A DNA stretch of 63,608 nucleotides, filler included, from Hausera hauseri (lineage: Eukaryota), in assembly GCA_046269625.1 (NCBI GenBank). It is 13 parts of 13 records of this genome, joined end to end, with 100 filler letters (N's around TTAATTAATTAA, not from the genome) between each part and the next. Parts side by side here need not be neighbours in the genome. Positions count along the whole stretch, not along the records: positions 1 to 9,502 come from JBJURY010356598.1; positions 9,603 to 13,648 come from JBJURY010795979.1; 11 more parts are not named here. One strand, written 5' to 3'. Positions 1-11,362 of this stretch are shown in pieces; within the stretch, counting starts at the first letter, position 1; the number at the start of each line of letters is the position of its first letter. The position numbers were made by a program, and so were the translations under genes. The notes under the pieces are model-generated. The model did no database searches and was not told the origin of the DNA. It worked only from the letters and a program-made list of their open reading frames with translations.

Positions 1-129
1 CAGAGGGCGGGTATTTTAAAACCCTACCCCGGCTGGGCGGTGATGTGGACGGTGTGGATGCGCACGCAGCCAACATAAGTAATTTTAGGAGATATATTCA
101 AAACAATAAAATTCTATTCTATTTTCATA

Positions 130-1490
130 ACGATGAGGATAATATTTAGGATATCGATGTCCGCGACTATCACAGAGAATGAGCGGCTTGCCGCAATATC
201 CCACTTTCACATACTGCAGTTATTATATTCACAGTTCTTCGGAACATTTTACATGAATGGATTCTACAAGAAGAGGATTTTATTCGTTTTATCACAGACC
301 AAGGCGAAAATATTAAAGCTGCATAAAAGCCTTACAAGTCAACCTTGGTCCAATCCAAGACGATGACGATACAGAAAACGATGAGGAAAATATTTCTGAT
401 ATCGATGTCGAGGAAAATGTAGATGATTTTCTGGCAACTATCACAGAGAATGAGCGGACAATCCCAAAAAATCTCTTCTGTTATGCCCACGTGATGTGTA
501 CAGCATTTAGCATTATTCTTCACAGTCCTAACAGTCCTGTTCATAAACTGAAATGAAAAATACTACCACTAATGGGACATTTTTCAAAGTCTGGTAGGGC
601 ATCAGAGCAGTCGAAAAAGTTATCAGGGAAAAAATAACTCATTTTCGCTCAAATGCGTTGGAACTCCTTCTTCTATGTATGTAATCTATTGCTGCAGTTG
701 AAAAGCCATGTGATAAAAGTTCGTCGAGAAAGAAATATCCCGATTTTATTCCTGTGGACACAGGTCAAGAAGTTTGTGAAACTGATGAAGCCGATTTCAT
801 CACAGACAACACTACTTTAGAGTGATATGTACAGCACAATTTGTTCTGTACTGCCAGCTTTGTTGTCTATTATAGACCACCTGTCCGATCTTGATGCAGA
901 CAATGTTTATGGTGAAAACTACAAGTCATTAAGCGGTAAGCTTCATGCTGAGATTGATCGACGATTTAAACGCGTCCTATATCCACGTGCTGTAAATTTT
1001 GATCCCACTGGGCATATTTGTACAATATTGAGCCCAGATAACTTTAAAAAGTTGTCTCAATTTCTCTATTAAGCTGGAGTTAATGAGTTGAAGAAATTTT
1101 TCAATCACAATCGGCCTAAAGATTTAGATGAGAGCCAATGATATCTGCAGTTAAATGCACCCGCAGTACCTATAACCTAAGAACAACCTGAAGAAAAGCG
1201 TCGTCGTGCGATTGTAACACAGTCGCAATCAAACGCTAAGCGGCAAATCTCTGAAACTGAAAACTTTAAAGACGTTATTTCTCATCAGTTCTGGCAAAGC
1301 AATACAGATCGCTTCAGCACAATCTATCACCTGGCATTGCAAATGTTGTCAATTCCTGCAACAAGTACTCAAGTCGAGCGTTTATTTCCTGTCGCTGGGT
1401 TGGTGGCGAGTGGCAGAAGCACAAATATCGGACCACACTGGTCGAAGCAGAAATCCTAATAAGAATGATCGAGAAATTATTGAAATAACT
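130..1490 (+). mobile_element. hAT-family transposase remnant (stops, frameshifts, internal duplication)
   Basis: FITDQGENIKAA (~288-323) resembles the hAT TDN-x-x-N catalytic Asp region. FWQSNTDRFSTIYHLALQMLSIPATSTQVERLFPVAG (~1290-1400) is the hAT C-terminal dimerisation motif (SIPATS..ER.FS). The segment ~130-200 is duplicated at ~377-465. Confidence 0.8.
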
Positions 1491-1759
1491 AACTTCCTGT
1501 ACTTTGCATTGCATTTTCCAATTCACATTTGATGCAAAACTGTATTTTGTATTATTTGTGTACTAATTATATTTGTGTGGCTTGATTTGTAGTTTTGTCA
1601 ATTAATAGTGTCTGTCATTCCATTGTTAACCGCAAAATACCTAGTTTTTCATCAAATTATTTACCTACTTCAATAAAGAACTAGGTAAAATTCATTAGTT
1701 TATTAAATGAACTAGTAAAAATTCACATTACTAACCCATTTCCAGGAAAAACAGGCAGC

Positions 1760-2610
1760 ATTAATAGTAGCTATACAGTACCTTTCAAGCTTGATATATT
1801 CGCATTTGCCGAGGTTAATTCGAATCATGCTTCTGAAAGAAAATATAAAGTACATCGAAAACGTATCATGGAATGGAGAAACTAAGAATCAAACTTCTAA
1901 ATGCTTGTATATATTGACAGTACTAAAAGAAAGAGATTGGAAGGAAGTGGTATAAAGTGAAATTCGTTGAAATGGAGGATGTGCTGTATGAATGGATCGA
2001 TAAAGAACTCAAAGGAAAGCATCGTGTTACCCGAAAGATAATTAAAATAAAGGCTCTCGAGATTATTCGATCTGAGCGTGATGATGATGATGTTATGTTC
2101 GTGGTCTGTGAAGGATGGTTGTGGCGCTTTATGATGAGAAAAAATTTGAGCTTACGGAGAAAAGCTACTGTTTGTCAAACACCGCCTTCTAATTATGTCC
2201 ATAAATTAGTGAATTTCGTATTGATTGTCCGAAATTTACGTATTCAACATAAAAATTTATAAGCATGACTTTTGCTTGCGAAGAAACAGAGGTATGGTTG
2301 GATTGCTGAGGGTCAACAACAGTGAAGAAGACTGGTGCACGAGAAATTTCTATTAAAACGATCATTCACGAAAGGGTGAAAATCAGAGACATGCTTTGCG
2401 CAAAAAGTGATGGAACAAAGTTGCGACTTGACAGCGTCTAATTAAAGAATTGGAAAATTTTCACTCAGGTCTCGAAATGAAAAAAGTTGCATGGATCACG
2501 TCTTAGTTATGGAATTTTACATTGTCGTTTATTGATTTGGCAATATTCCTGGCGGGTGTACAAAATATATACAGGCTCCTAATGTTTCATGGAATAAGTC
2601 ATAGAAGAAC
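1760..2610 (+). mobile_element. pogo/Tigger-like transposase remnant
   Basis: N-terminal HTH (YTVPFKLDI..KYKVHRKRIMEW), CENP-B-type HTH in ORF 1957-2262 (EDVLYEWI..VTRKIIKIKA..GWLWRFMMRKNLSLRRKAT), and broken DDE_1 pieces (CAKSDGTKL; IPGGCTKYIQAPNVSWNK). Confidence 0.85.
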
Positions 2611-3658
2611 TAAAAGCTCCAGGTGTAATCATTTAACAAAAGCCTAATTGCATCTAGTTAGAAGACGATAGAGATGCCCAGTTTTTTTCGCAGATATTTG
2701 ACTAAACTTGAAATCTTGTCATGCCAGGTTGTAGGCGCTCTCTAATCTAAAGGGGAGCTATAATGTTTATTGGGCAGAAGCGTCCGGTATACTCATCGAG
2801 GTGTGTTGTATGTTGAGATTCTTACCATTGAAGAGAAACATAATGAAACTTAGTGTAAGCACTCGTGGTTGAGAAAATCTTAGTTAAGAATCTTCATGAA
2901 GTGTCCATCGTAGGCTAAATATGTCAATGATTTTCCAAAAATTCTGGTTCGTTGTAGTAACTTTTACAACAAATTTGCGCAACTTCTTGATTCTTTATGA
3001 TCATCCGCATTAACATGGATTGATCACTAGATATACCTCTGATGTGAGTTCAGCAATTCTAGTGAACAATATTTCAATTCAGCTTTATTTTCTTTCAACT
3101 ACAGATAAAAGAAATTTTGGGAAGTAGAAGATCAATGAAAATGTGACATTTCACTCATGCACAATGCTAAACACGATATGATCAAGCAAATAGCAACAAA
3201 CGATGGTTTACTGCATATAAACCAAATATAATGCTCTTCAAAATTACACTTCTACAGTATCCTCGTATTTCCTTTGTACTTTTGTTAATGTGCAAACGCC
3301 AAATAGGTGTACATTGAGATTTTTACGTAATTACGTAAACGGAAGAATGTGACCAAAAACCTCTGACATTTTGGGGTGTTGTTGTTTACCGCCGTATAAA
3401 TTGCAACACCCCAGTTTTCAAAATTCTGATGATAATAGGTGATTTTACATTTTCTATTTATACTTTAAAATAATACACTATTTAAAACTAAGATTAAATC
3501 AGGAGCTGCTGATGAACTGGTCGTTATTTAGTGAAAAAATGAGCTGCATTTTCACAGAATCATTGTCCATAAAGCCTGAAAACAATCAAGTAAAATACAT
3601 AAAGTTTTGATTTTATTGTGGAAAAGTTGCATTAGCTGAGTTTTGTGTTTTCTGTCAG

Positions 3659-3990
3659 AGATGCATCGAACTCAAACCAAATATGAAGACATGTTCATCC
3701 TCAAAGTTTTCATATTCCAGTTTGTGAACTTCTACTCAACTCCAGTCTACATCGCCTTCTTCAAAGGCAGGTGAGAGCTGCTCCCGCAAATCACAACGGG
3801 CCTCTAAGCTTCTTCCATGTAATATTTTTATCAAGTATTTGAGTGGTTCTGCTTCTAATCATAAAGTCGTTTGATTTTCTCCAAAGACTTGGCTTGTGTT
3901 TGTCCTAACAAGCTTGTTTGTCGGTGTCTCTTCAGTTTCGTTGGTTACCCTGGGATGTACAACACTCTGTTTGGAATTCGCAATGAAGAT
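3659..3990 (+). CDS. ANO7: two spliced exons (3659-3770, 3936-3990) of an anoctamin, ANO7-like; gene fragment
   Basis: Canonical cag|..|gtgag and ttcag|..|gtgagt boundaries. The spliced peptide (E)[55 protein letters not shown] closely matches vertebrate anoctamin-7 as I recall it. C-ending codons differ from neighbouring genes. Confidence 0.85.
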
Positions 3991-4009
3991 GTGAGTTTGT
4001 CTTTAATGT

Positions 4010-5347
4010 TTGAAAGAAAAACAAATATTTCCTTAATGAATCTCGAGCCATTGCTTTTTTTGACGCTTTAGCGGTATTTGGATTCTCTTTATACCGACTA
4101 CATTCGTAATATTCTGCTTGATGAGTCTTCCAATCTTGAAGGCACATCCAACAAAAATTATATTTACACTTGAAACACATCATATGATTACAGCCACCAT
4201 TTTTTTTAATACACACCCCACATTCCGGGCAATCTTTCGTATAGGCTGTGATGTAATTAGCTGTTTCCCAATCGTCCCGGCATTTTAAAAGCCATTGTTT
4301 GATAGTTTTACAACTGGTCGGTGCATGATATGCCAAACCACATTTGAAACAATATTCCGCTGAACATTTACTGCACTTAACACGCTTAGCTTTCGGATTT
4401 TCGGCGTAGACAATTATATTGTACTCATTGTTTATACAGAATCTCAGTTGAAGAAGACTCTCAACTATAATATTAAACTGGTATTTCTGAAACATATCTC
4501 GAAATTTTGAGCCAGTCAAAATATCCAAAATCATATCCTCCATCACCGCCAATTTACACTGATTACCCATACACTCAATCAGATCCTTATTCTCGAAATT
4601 CTGATCCAAATGAATCGAAAAGTAATTGAACCAACAAACATTACAGTACTGATGTCCACAAACCATTCCAACCAGAGGATTGTTAACGTCAGTGTTTAAA
4701 TAACAAATTTCACAAACGGTATTCTGGGAGTTGCACACGCCTGCCGGTAATGGATTGGGTTTTGTCGATTGAATTACAGATTCTACACACGGATAATACG
4801 ATTTCCATAAAAATTCTGATTTGGACTTTTGAGCGTCAATTATTAATTTAAGGCAATTTGGTAAAATTCTCGATCTGATAAAAACAGTGAATGTATTACT
4901 TTCATAATCTTTCACAACATCCTCAATAGACCAATTGTATGATATTAAAATTAATTTTGAAACCACAAGACTCATATTGATATTTTTTGATAATTCTTCA
5001 ACAGCCTTGTTCAATATGCTTTCAACGTCTTCCAATTGTAATTCTTCATATTTCAGATATTCAGGATCAATTTTAGGATCATTGGACTTTGAGAAATCAT
5101 CTTCACCATACAAATACTCCGTGTCTGAGAAAAGTTCTGTTTTGTAAAGCCCATCGAGATCTTGCATTAATGACGAAACAGCAGGCCTACTGTCGTTTGA
5201 TTGTTTATAAATATCCCTTAAAATGTTGATAGCAATTCTTGAGAGCGCTTGCAATTCTTTTTGTGACCAATTCGATACGAATTTGTAAAATAATTTCGTA
5301 TAATCCAAATTGTCTACTTTATCATCTGTAGACTTTTCTGACACCAT
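4010..5347 (-). pseudogene. ARIH2: Ariadne-2-like RBR E3 ubiquitin ligase, intronless, truncated at the start of the Ariadne domain
   Basis: RING1 (CEIC..CGHQYCNVCW..C), IBR, and RING2 ETANYITAYTKDCPECGVCIKKNGGCNHMMCFKCKYNFCWMCL..YYECSRYKENP. Homology ends at ARDSLRKYLFFFQ; the ORF tail is antisense ANO7 sequence. Confidence 0.9.
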
Positions 5348-5508
5348 TGTTAAATTTGTTGAAAGTGAGTAGATAATTCCAAATAGACCAAAAAAGATAA
5401 TATATAATTCAAATTAGACCAAACAAAGTCTTTATTGTTTTAAAATTAAAATTTCCAATAATTCATTAACAATAAACGATATGCATAATCATAGAAACAA
5501 ACAGATAA

Positions 5509-6290
5509 TTATACACTGCATATTACAATAGGTGGTTTGTACAAACTGAGATCGGGTTTATTCGCCGGAATTTGGTAAAGTTGATTATCGCTTTGACCAG
5601 TGATTTGGTTGGATTTATTCGCTAGAAACCTCAACTGCAACTGATCATATTCTTCATTGGGTTTTTGTTTATATAAACATTTCGATAACAAGAATTCTTT
5701 CAGATTAATTAATGTTTTCTTATTGCACCACATCCACATTGCTGACGTCGAGCCATTTATTTCATTGGTCTATGTTCACATAGTAGTACATTTGACATCC
5801 GATATAACAAATCATCGGCACTCCATAAACTCCACAAAATATCCCCGTTTTTGCAATAAACTTATCCAAACTCTGCTGGTTTTTTTTATGAATCCAACCA
5901 TAACGATAATTTATTATGAACGATATTCGTTCGAAGTATGAGTAAAGAATGAAACGAAATAGCCAGTAAAAACTGAACCTAACGTAAAGAAAACAATTCT
6001 TGGTACGAGAATAAATATTAGATTTGTCTTCGAATTTTGTCGTCCAATATAACAACTGCCCAACAATTCGTCAGCGTCAATTTTATGTAAAATCAGAGCC
6101 AATGTTGCCTGAATTGCGGGAATAGACCATGATACCATGTGCATGATGTTACTCACTCTTCACGATTCTTTAGAATTAAAAGTCTTCAAAGTCACTTTCT
6201 GTCTTTGCATGAATTTGCCAAAGAGCGTATCTCATGTACTTTGTTATTTTAGGAATATGGTGGTACACGAGCCCGCGGCACCACACTCGT
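5509..6290 (-). pseudogene. Frizzled (FZD4/9/10-like) 7TM C-terminal half, frameshifted, 5' truncated
   Basis: MHMVSWSIPAIQATLALILHKIDADELLGSCYIGRQN; LDKFIAKTGIFCGVYGVP; TSAMWMWCNKKT (degenerate KTxxxW region). No CRD. Confidence 0.85.
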
Positions 6291-6560
6291 TATTCTTTTT
6301 CATACTCAAGTTCTTCTCTTTCTGCTAAATTTCTGATAAGTACAGAACTGAAATTTTTAATGGTGGTTTCGATTTGCTCAATTGTGTTATATAGTTCTTT
6401 GGGAGTCTTATATTGCAGTTCTGAAACAGAACACAAATAAATCCGTTGTTGTTGTTCACCAACCCAATCATTATCACCGCTAATTGGAGAAGCATATTCA
6501 CCATTATCATCATCGCCATTATCAGATCCATTCATCTGTACAAATAAATAACCAAATTGA
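6290..6560 (-). pseudogene. FEZ1/FEZ2 (UNC-76)-like coiled-coil fragment
   Basis: ELYNTIEQIETTIKNFSSVLIRNLAEREELEYEKE matches the FEZ motif L..LA.RDELEFEKE. It stops abruptly and abuts the Frizzled piece. Confidence 0.7.
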
Positions 6561-6978
6561 ATAATTGGGATGAATGCCATGACAGCAATGTTCACATTCG
6601 TACACTTTTCAGGACTTTTTTGGTTGGTCTTGATTGCTTGGTGATGAGGTACTAACAGACGGACTGCTATTTGCAACAGTGATCGGAAGACGTCCTTTGT
6701 CATTATTGGAAGTAGATGAATTGTGAAAATCGAAATTGATAGCGTTGATTGAATAATCGGTAATGACTGTCGAGGATGAATCTTTGTTCAGAATTTGGTT
6801 TTCGCTTTTGAATTGATGACATACTAAAAATGGGAATTCGATTGACAGAATCGAGTATTATAATTGTTCGGACCTGAATTGTTCATGGGAAACAAATGAA
6901 ATTTTACATACACAGAATTTAAATAATTTTCTGTTTACATTCAGATATTAAAATCTTCTTTATTGCGGTGAAGAGTAG

Positions 6979-7280
6979 GAATATCGGAGCCCGCCTATGT
7001 GCCCGATGCGCCAGCAGTGGACGCCCGGCTGTGCCTAACCGAATGGGCTAGAGGGCGACAGTCGATGTGGGCACCACACAGACACTTTTTCGTTTTCCGA
7101 TTTTTTTCTCTGCGTCCCTTTTACCCTTTATAATTTTCTCTTTGCCACGGGGAGTGGGTAATGTGGTGCCCACAGCAGCCGGCGCCCTCTGGTCCATTTG
7201 GTTGGACACGGCCGGGTGTCCGTCGCCGTCGCATCGGGTACATAGTTGCGCCCGAGTCCCGGACTCGGAAATTTTACTAA
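6979..7280. repeat. GC-rich inverted-repeat element (about 84-bp arms 6995-7078 and 7162-7245, plus perfect hairpin 7252-7268); dispersed repeat
   Basis: The reverse complement of the right arm aligns ungapped to the left arm. A small palindrome CCGAGTCC-C-GGACTCGG follows. A homologue of the left arm occurs at 15307-15415. Confidence 0.85.
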
Positions 7281-7305
7281 ATTTGTTCAAATTTTGGATT
7301 GTGTT

Positions 7306-7899
7306 ATGAGCACAGGACGTGCTGCCCCGGGATCTACTGAACGATTCTAATATTTAGAACAGTTAATTTCCGAACACCAACAATTTGATCAATTTGATAA
7401 TCGAAACCAAATCGTTGCCAATCTTGAAAATTTTGTGTACGATTGTCGTAATCATCGAGATTTGGTTAGATTGAACGTCCTAGACGTATTTTTTCATTGT
7501 TTAATGCAACAGGACAGTACCGAGGACATTAAATTGCATTCCGTTATTGATATTTGCAACATTTGTGCAAATCAACTATATCATTCGATAATTTACAACA
7601 ACGACAATTTCTGGTCATTACTGAATTTTTTATCGTCACCACACTTTGCCATTATCATCATAGCAATCACCGCCTTCATTTATTTGTGCGACACCGACAT
7701 AGGCCGATGTTCAGTCCTCTTGCCGACCGTCGTCAAGACCTGTCGGAATTTGCATCAGTCAACGAATCCACGATTGCTGAACATTGCCACCATATTTCTC
7801 TATCATTGCGCTACATCGGACAGCCGTGCGATTTGCACGAATGACGATCCAATACTATTTCTGGCCGTTGCCGAATCACCCGCGCATTTGCCACTGTAA
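7306..7899 (+). pseudogene. ARMC7: Armadillo repeat-containing protein 7, intronless, one in-frame TAA (7348-7350)
   Basis: MSTGRAAPGSTERF*YLEQLISEHQ..QIVANLENFVYD..LNVLDVF..ICNIC..LSSP..AITAFIYL..NPRLLNIATIFL follows the ARMC7 pattern over 198 codons. Confidence 0.85.
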
Positions 7900-8940
7900 A
7901 CCGGTCGTCCGCGTTTTACCCGGTTTCGTCACGATTTTCTTGTTATTTGATGGCACTTCCGTGACAATTTTCCGTCCGGAATGTCTCCAGCCGACATGTG
8001 TTAGTGTGGATTACGTCCGTCATTCACTGAAGAAAATGTCCCCAGCTGATGTCGTTGTCAATGGGGAATTGTTTGTCGATTCTAAAAATCCACCATCACA
8101 AACTGTCGAGAATATCATGTCACACAGCGCACTCAATGCCGCGTTACCGTTGTCCCAGCAAATCGATATTTATTTGAAGCTCGGCAAAATCTGACTTACA
8201 CCTCTCGTAGTGCTGACTGCCTGCTGTGGCAGTCTCATGACCTCTAATACAATCGATCCATGGTTGTTGCTCATTGCCAGTGCCTGTACTTTGTCTACTA
8301 AGCTATCAGCGAATGCCTTCAATCAGGTCATGGAAATACCATTTGATTCCCAAATGGTTCGTACTCGAAATTGACCACTCGTAGTCGGCAAATTGAGCCC
8401 ATTACATGCCACACTATTTGCTACAACGAGATCGATTGTTGGCTTATCTCTACTGTTGTACTGTTCACCGTACTTATTTCTTATTGGTTTACTCAATTTG
8501 ATCCTTTATGTTATTATCTATACTCCACTGAAACGAATAACGATCTATAATACGTGGTTGGGTTCAATCGTTGGTGGGATACCACCACTCGTTGGTTGGT
8601 CTGCCATTACAGGTCACATAGATGCCGGTGGTTTGCTCATTGATGCGATTTTAATATTCTAGCAATTTCCCCATTTCATGGCTCTCAGTTGGAATTTACG
8701 GTCTGATTACGCACGAGCCGGTTATCAAATGGCACCGGCCGTCTGCCCGAGATTATGTAAACTATCTGCATTACGTCATTTCATTTTACTATCGAGTTTG
8801 TGTCCTTTATCGACCGTGGTTGGTTTGACAGATTGGTGTTTCCCATTGGAAATGCTGCCATTCAATGCTTTGTTGTGTTTACTTGCGTTCAGATTTTATC
8901 AAGATGCGAATAGCTTTACAAGTCGACATTTGTTTAAGTG
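7841..8940 (+). pseudogene. COX10: Protoheme IX farnesyltransferase (heme O synthase), intronless, 3 in-frame stops, 3' truncated
   Basis: ANAFNQVMEIPFDSQMVRTRN*PL; YTPLKRITIYNTWLGSIVGGIPPLVGW; *QFPHFMALSWNLRSDYARAGYQM. ORFs 7784, 8393 and 8678 share one frame. Start position is approximate. Confidence 0.92.
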
Positions 8941-9059
8941 TTTTAAAAATATACATATTTACAAACGTATTTTGAATTGTCACTTTGTGCCTTCATTTTA
9001 ATATTCTCATTATTTATCGCTGAACTTTATTTCGCTTATAATTTTTTTACAGTCTAGTT

Positions 9060-9502
9060 TATCGTTCGACTGGATTTAGTTCGTACAGCCGTCTACCGTT
9101 TATGATAACTACGAATTTTACACGGGAGTCCAAAACAACCCAACAGCGGAACAAAATAGTAATAATACCAGCGACATATTACAACTATTGGAAGATTAAA
9201 AACGCGGACACCGAATGTTTCAAGCGGGGAAAGAGGTATTAGTAAAAAAAGACCCAAAAAGAAAGAAAGATGGGGGTAGATACGAAGAACCATACCGAAT
9301 AATTAAATTTCTTACTCAACATCAGGCGGTACTACAATTTCCGAATAGATTGAAACCCAGGCGAATCGAGTGACTGAAAAGAGTGACGTCAAACTATAAA
9401 ACGGAGAGAGAGGGAAGTTAGAAAATGTGATAATTTGTTTAAATAATGTCAGTGTTATATTAGAAATATAAATTGATATGGAGTCTTCTAGTTCTCTTAC
9501 TG
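9060..9502 (+). mobile_element. probable LTR retrotransposon 3' end (integrase GPY/F tail, polypurine tract, start of LTR)
   Basis: Broken ..PYRIIKFLTQHQAVLQFPNRLKPRRIE*LKR, then the purine run GGAGAGAGAGGGAAG (~9403-9417). Confidence 0.4.
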
Positions 9503-9602
9503 NNNNNNNNNNNNNNNNNNNNNNNNNNNNNNNNNNNNNNNNNNNNTTAATTAATTAANNNNNNNNNNNNNNNNNNNNNNNNNNNNNNNNNNNNNNNNNN
9601 NN
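9503..9602. other. artificial contig linker (44N-TTAATTAATTAA-44N); identical linkers at 13649, 18333, 22602, 27299, 31623, 36006, 40551, 44960, 49055, 53717, 58496
   Basis: An identical 100-bp spacer with stops in all six frames occurs 12 times. Confidence 0.99.
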
Positions 9603-11362
9603 GAAGATTGTTGCCTAATTCAACGTGATGTTTGTTTGTGTTGGTCACACGTTGTTTGTTATGGTTTCAGTGAAAGTAAAGACGGTGTCAATTTCTGGGA
9701 ATGCGATAATTGTTCAAATAAAAATTCAAATGATGATAGCAAACCGCTCGAATGGTACAGGGATAATTGGTGCTTCCATTCGGTTCTGAAAAACGAGCTT
9801 CCTTGGCTTTCGATGGCCATTCCAAATTACAAGAGTAGCATGAAAAATATTTTTAAAATGCATTCTTCATTGTCATTATGTCAGAAAGTTTTCGAGACTA
9901 TTGTAAAGCACTTTGATAAGTTACCGTTCAAAAATCCAAATTATTCCAATAGTCAAAATGGATTAGATTTATTGAAGGAACTTTACGCTTACGGAAATCT
10001 TGAAGATATAAATAAAATCGAAGCTCTGTAATATTTGAATCCTGAACAAGATGAGATGTTTAGACTGTCAGATAATGGAAATAATTCCAATACTGTGCAT
10101 TTTCCAAGTAATGCTAAAACTGAAGCATCCCTTCCAACAGATTCTATCAATTCATCGTCGATTATTAATCAGTCCGACTTTTCCTTCAACGAAAGCCATT
10201 TTTCTAATTCAACGCCAAACAAGTGTATCAACAACGGTCACAAATCAGTCAATACAAGTCTCGATGGAATATTCGATTGTGATATACAAAAACTCGATAT
10301 TATTCCAAAAGCGGACTTCGATGCCTTAGTTAAAGATTTAAATTCCTGCGACGACATTTGCAAACAGTCAAATACAAAACACGATAGTAAATCCAGTCTG
10401 CTGGATTTATTCGACGACGGCATTCAACCAAGTGCCCAAAACAAAACGTCCGACAGTACAATAACCGTCGTCGATTCAGTAATGCCTTTCACAAAGCCTC
10501 ACTGTATTTATCAGCATCATGAAAATGATCATCATGAACCGATTATTGATATTTCTTCTGACGAATTGGATAGTTTTTTATTAGACAAAGAATCAGTGGA
10601 TCTGGATAAATCCGATTGTAGCACTATAACCAAAGTGCGTCAAGATTTGAAAGTTAGTAAAGATTCCGATAATGATTTCCTATTTGAATCTGAGAGTAAA
10701 AGAATGAAGCCAGTTTGTCAACCGAGACTTACCAAAAAGCGGAAAGAAGTGCTGCAAAGGCGAAGGATGCGACTAACAATTCACAGGAGCGCATTGTTAT
10801 CGCTGAAAATCTTTTCAAGAAATGGAACTTGGAATTTGAAAGGAGGAGGAATAGAAGAAATGTTATCAAGATGAATGTGCCAGTTCAACTTGGCAATATT
10901 AGAGAAGCGAAGTGGCATGTGAATCTGGATAAACGCTTTGAAGTAAAAGCGAAAGAGAATAGGACTGAGGAGGATAAAGAAAAGTGCCAAATGAGAAGAG
11001 AAATTGAGCAGTTGAAGTTACATAACGGACACTTGCAGTAGCGTTTGGAAGAGCAAGCAAAAGTAATTTTTCGGTTGAGGAAAGAGAAAATGACAATGAA
11101 TGCTTCCACGCAAATATGTGAAAGTTATGTTGTGTCAACTTTGAAATTACCACAGACAGAAGGTGTCAGTCAAACGGAAAAGATGATGGTCTGTGAAAAA
11201 TGGACAGAGACAGTAAATCAGAATAATTTGGTAGAAGCAACAAATCAAACGATGATGTATGAGATGGCAGATAAAGAAATACAGACTGTGAAGTTGCAAG
11301 AAATGCAGGCTTGTAATGTGTATAAAAATTGCAAAATTGTATATAAGAATTATTATAAATAG
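9603..11362 (+). pseudogene. PHD finger followed by a low-complexity and coiled-coil region; interrupted by stops and a frameshift
   Basis: CLIQRDVCLCWSHVVCYG..FWECDNC is the C-terminal part of a PHD finger. ORFs 9636/10035 and 10715/11045 are each in-frame pairs split by single stops. Confidence 0.55.

Noticed and set aside
2640-3140. Possible retrotransposon integrase remnant on the minus strand
   Set aside because: Too degraded; no catalytic motif could be read confidently.
7252-7280. Definite Helitron 3' terminus
   Set aside because: The hairpin is present, but the end is CTAA followed by A rather than CTAG|T, and no 5' TC end or RepHel is identifiable. Kept only as a hint.
7306-8940. 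Alternative genetic code or readthrough explaining in-frame stops
   Set aside because: Stops replace different residues (Arg by TGA, Trp by TAG), TGG is used normally, and COX10 is also truncated. Point decay is simpler.
9547-9558. Recurrent TTAATTAATTAA as a biological motif or CRISPR-like repeat
   Set aside because: Always centred in exactly 44+44 N, so it is an assembly spacer. No CRISPR array or cas genes were seen, and the DNA is eukaryotic.
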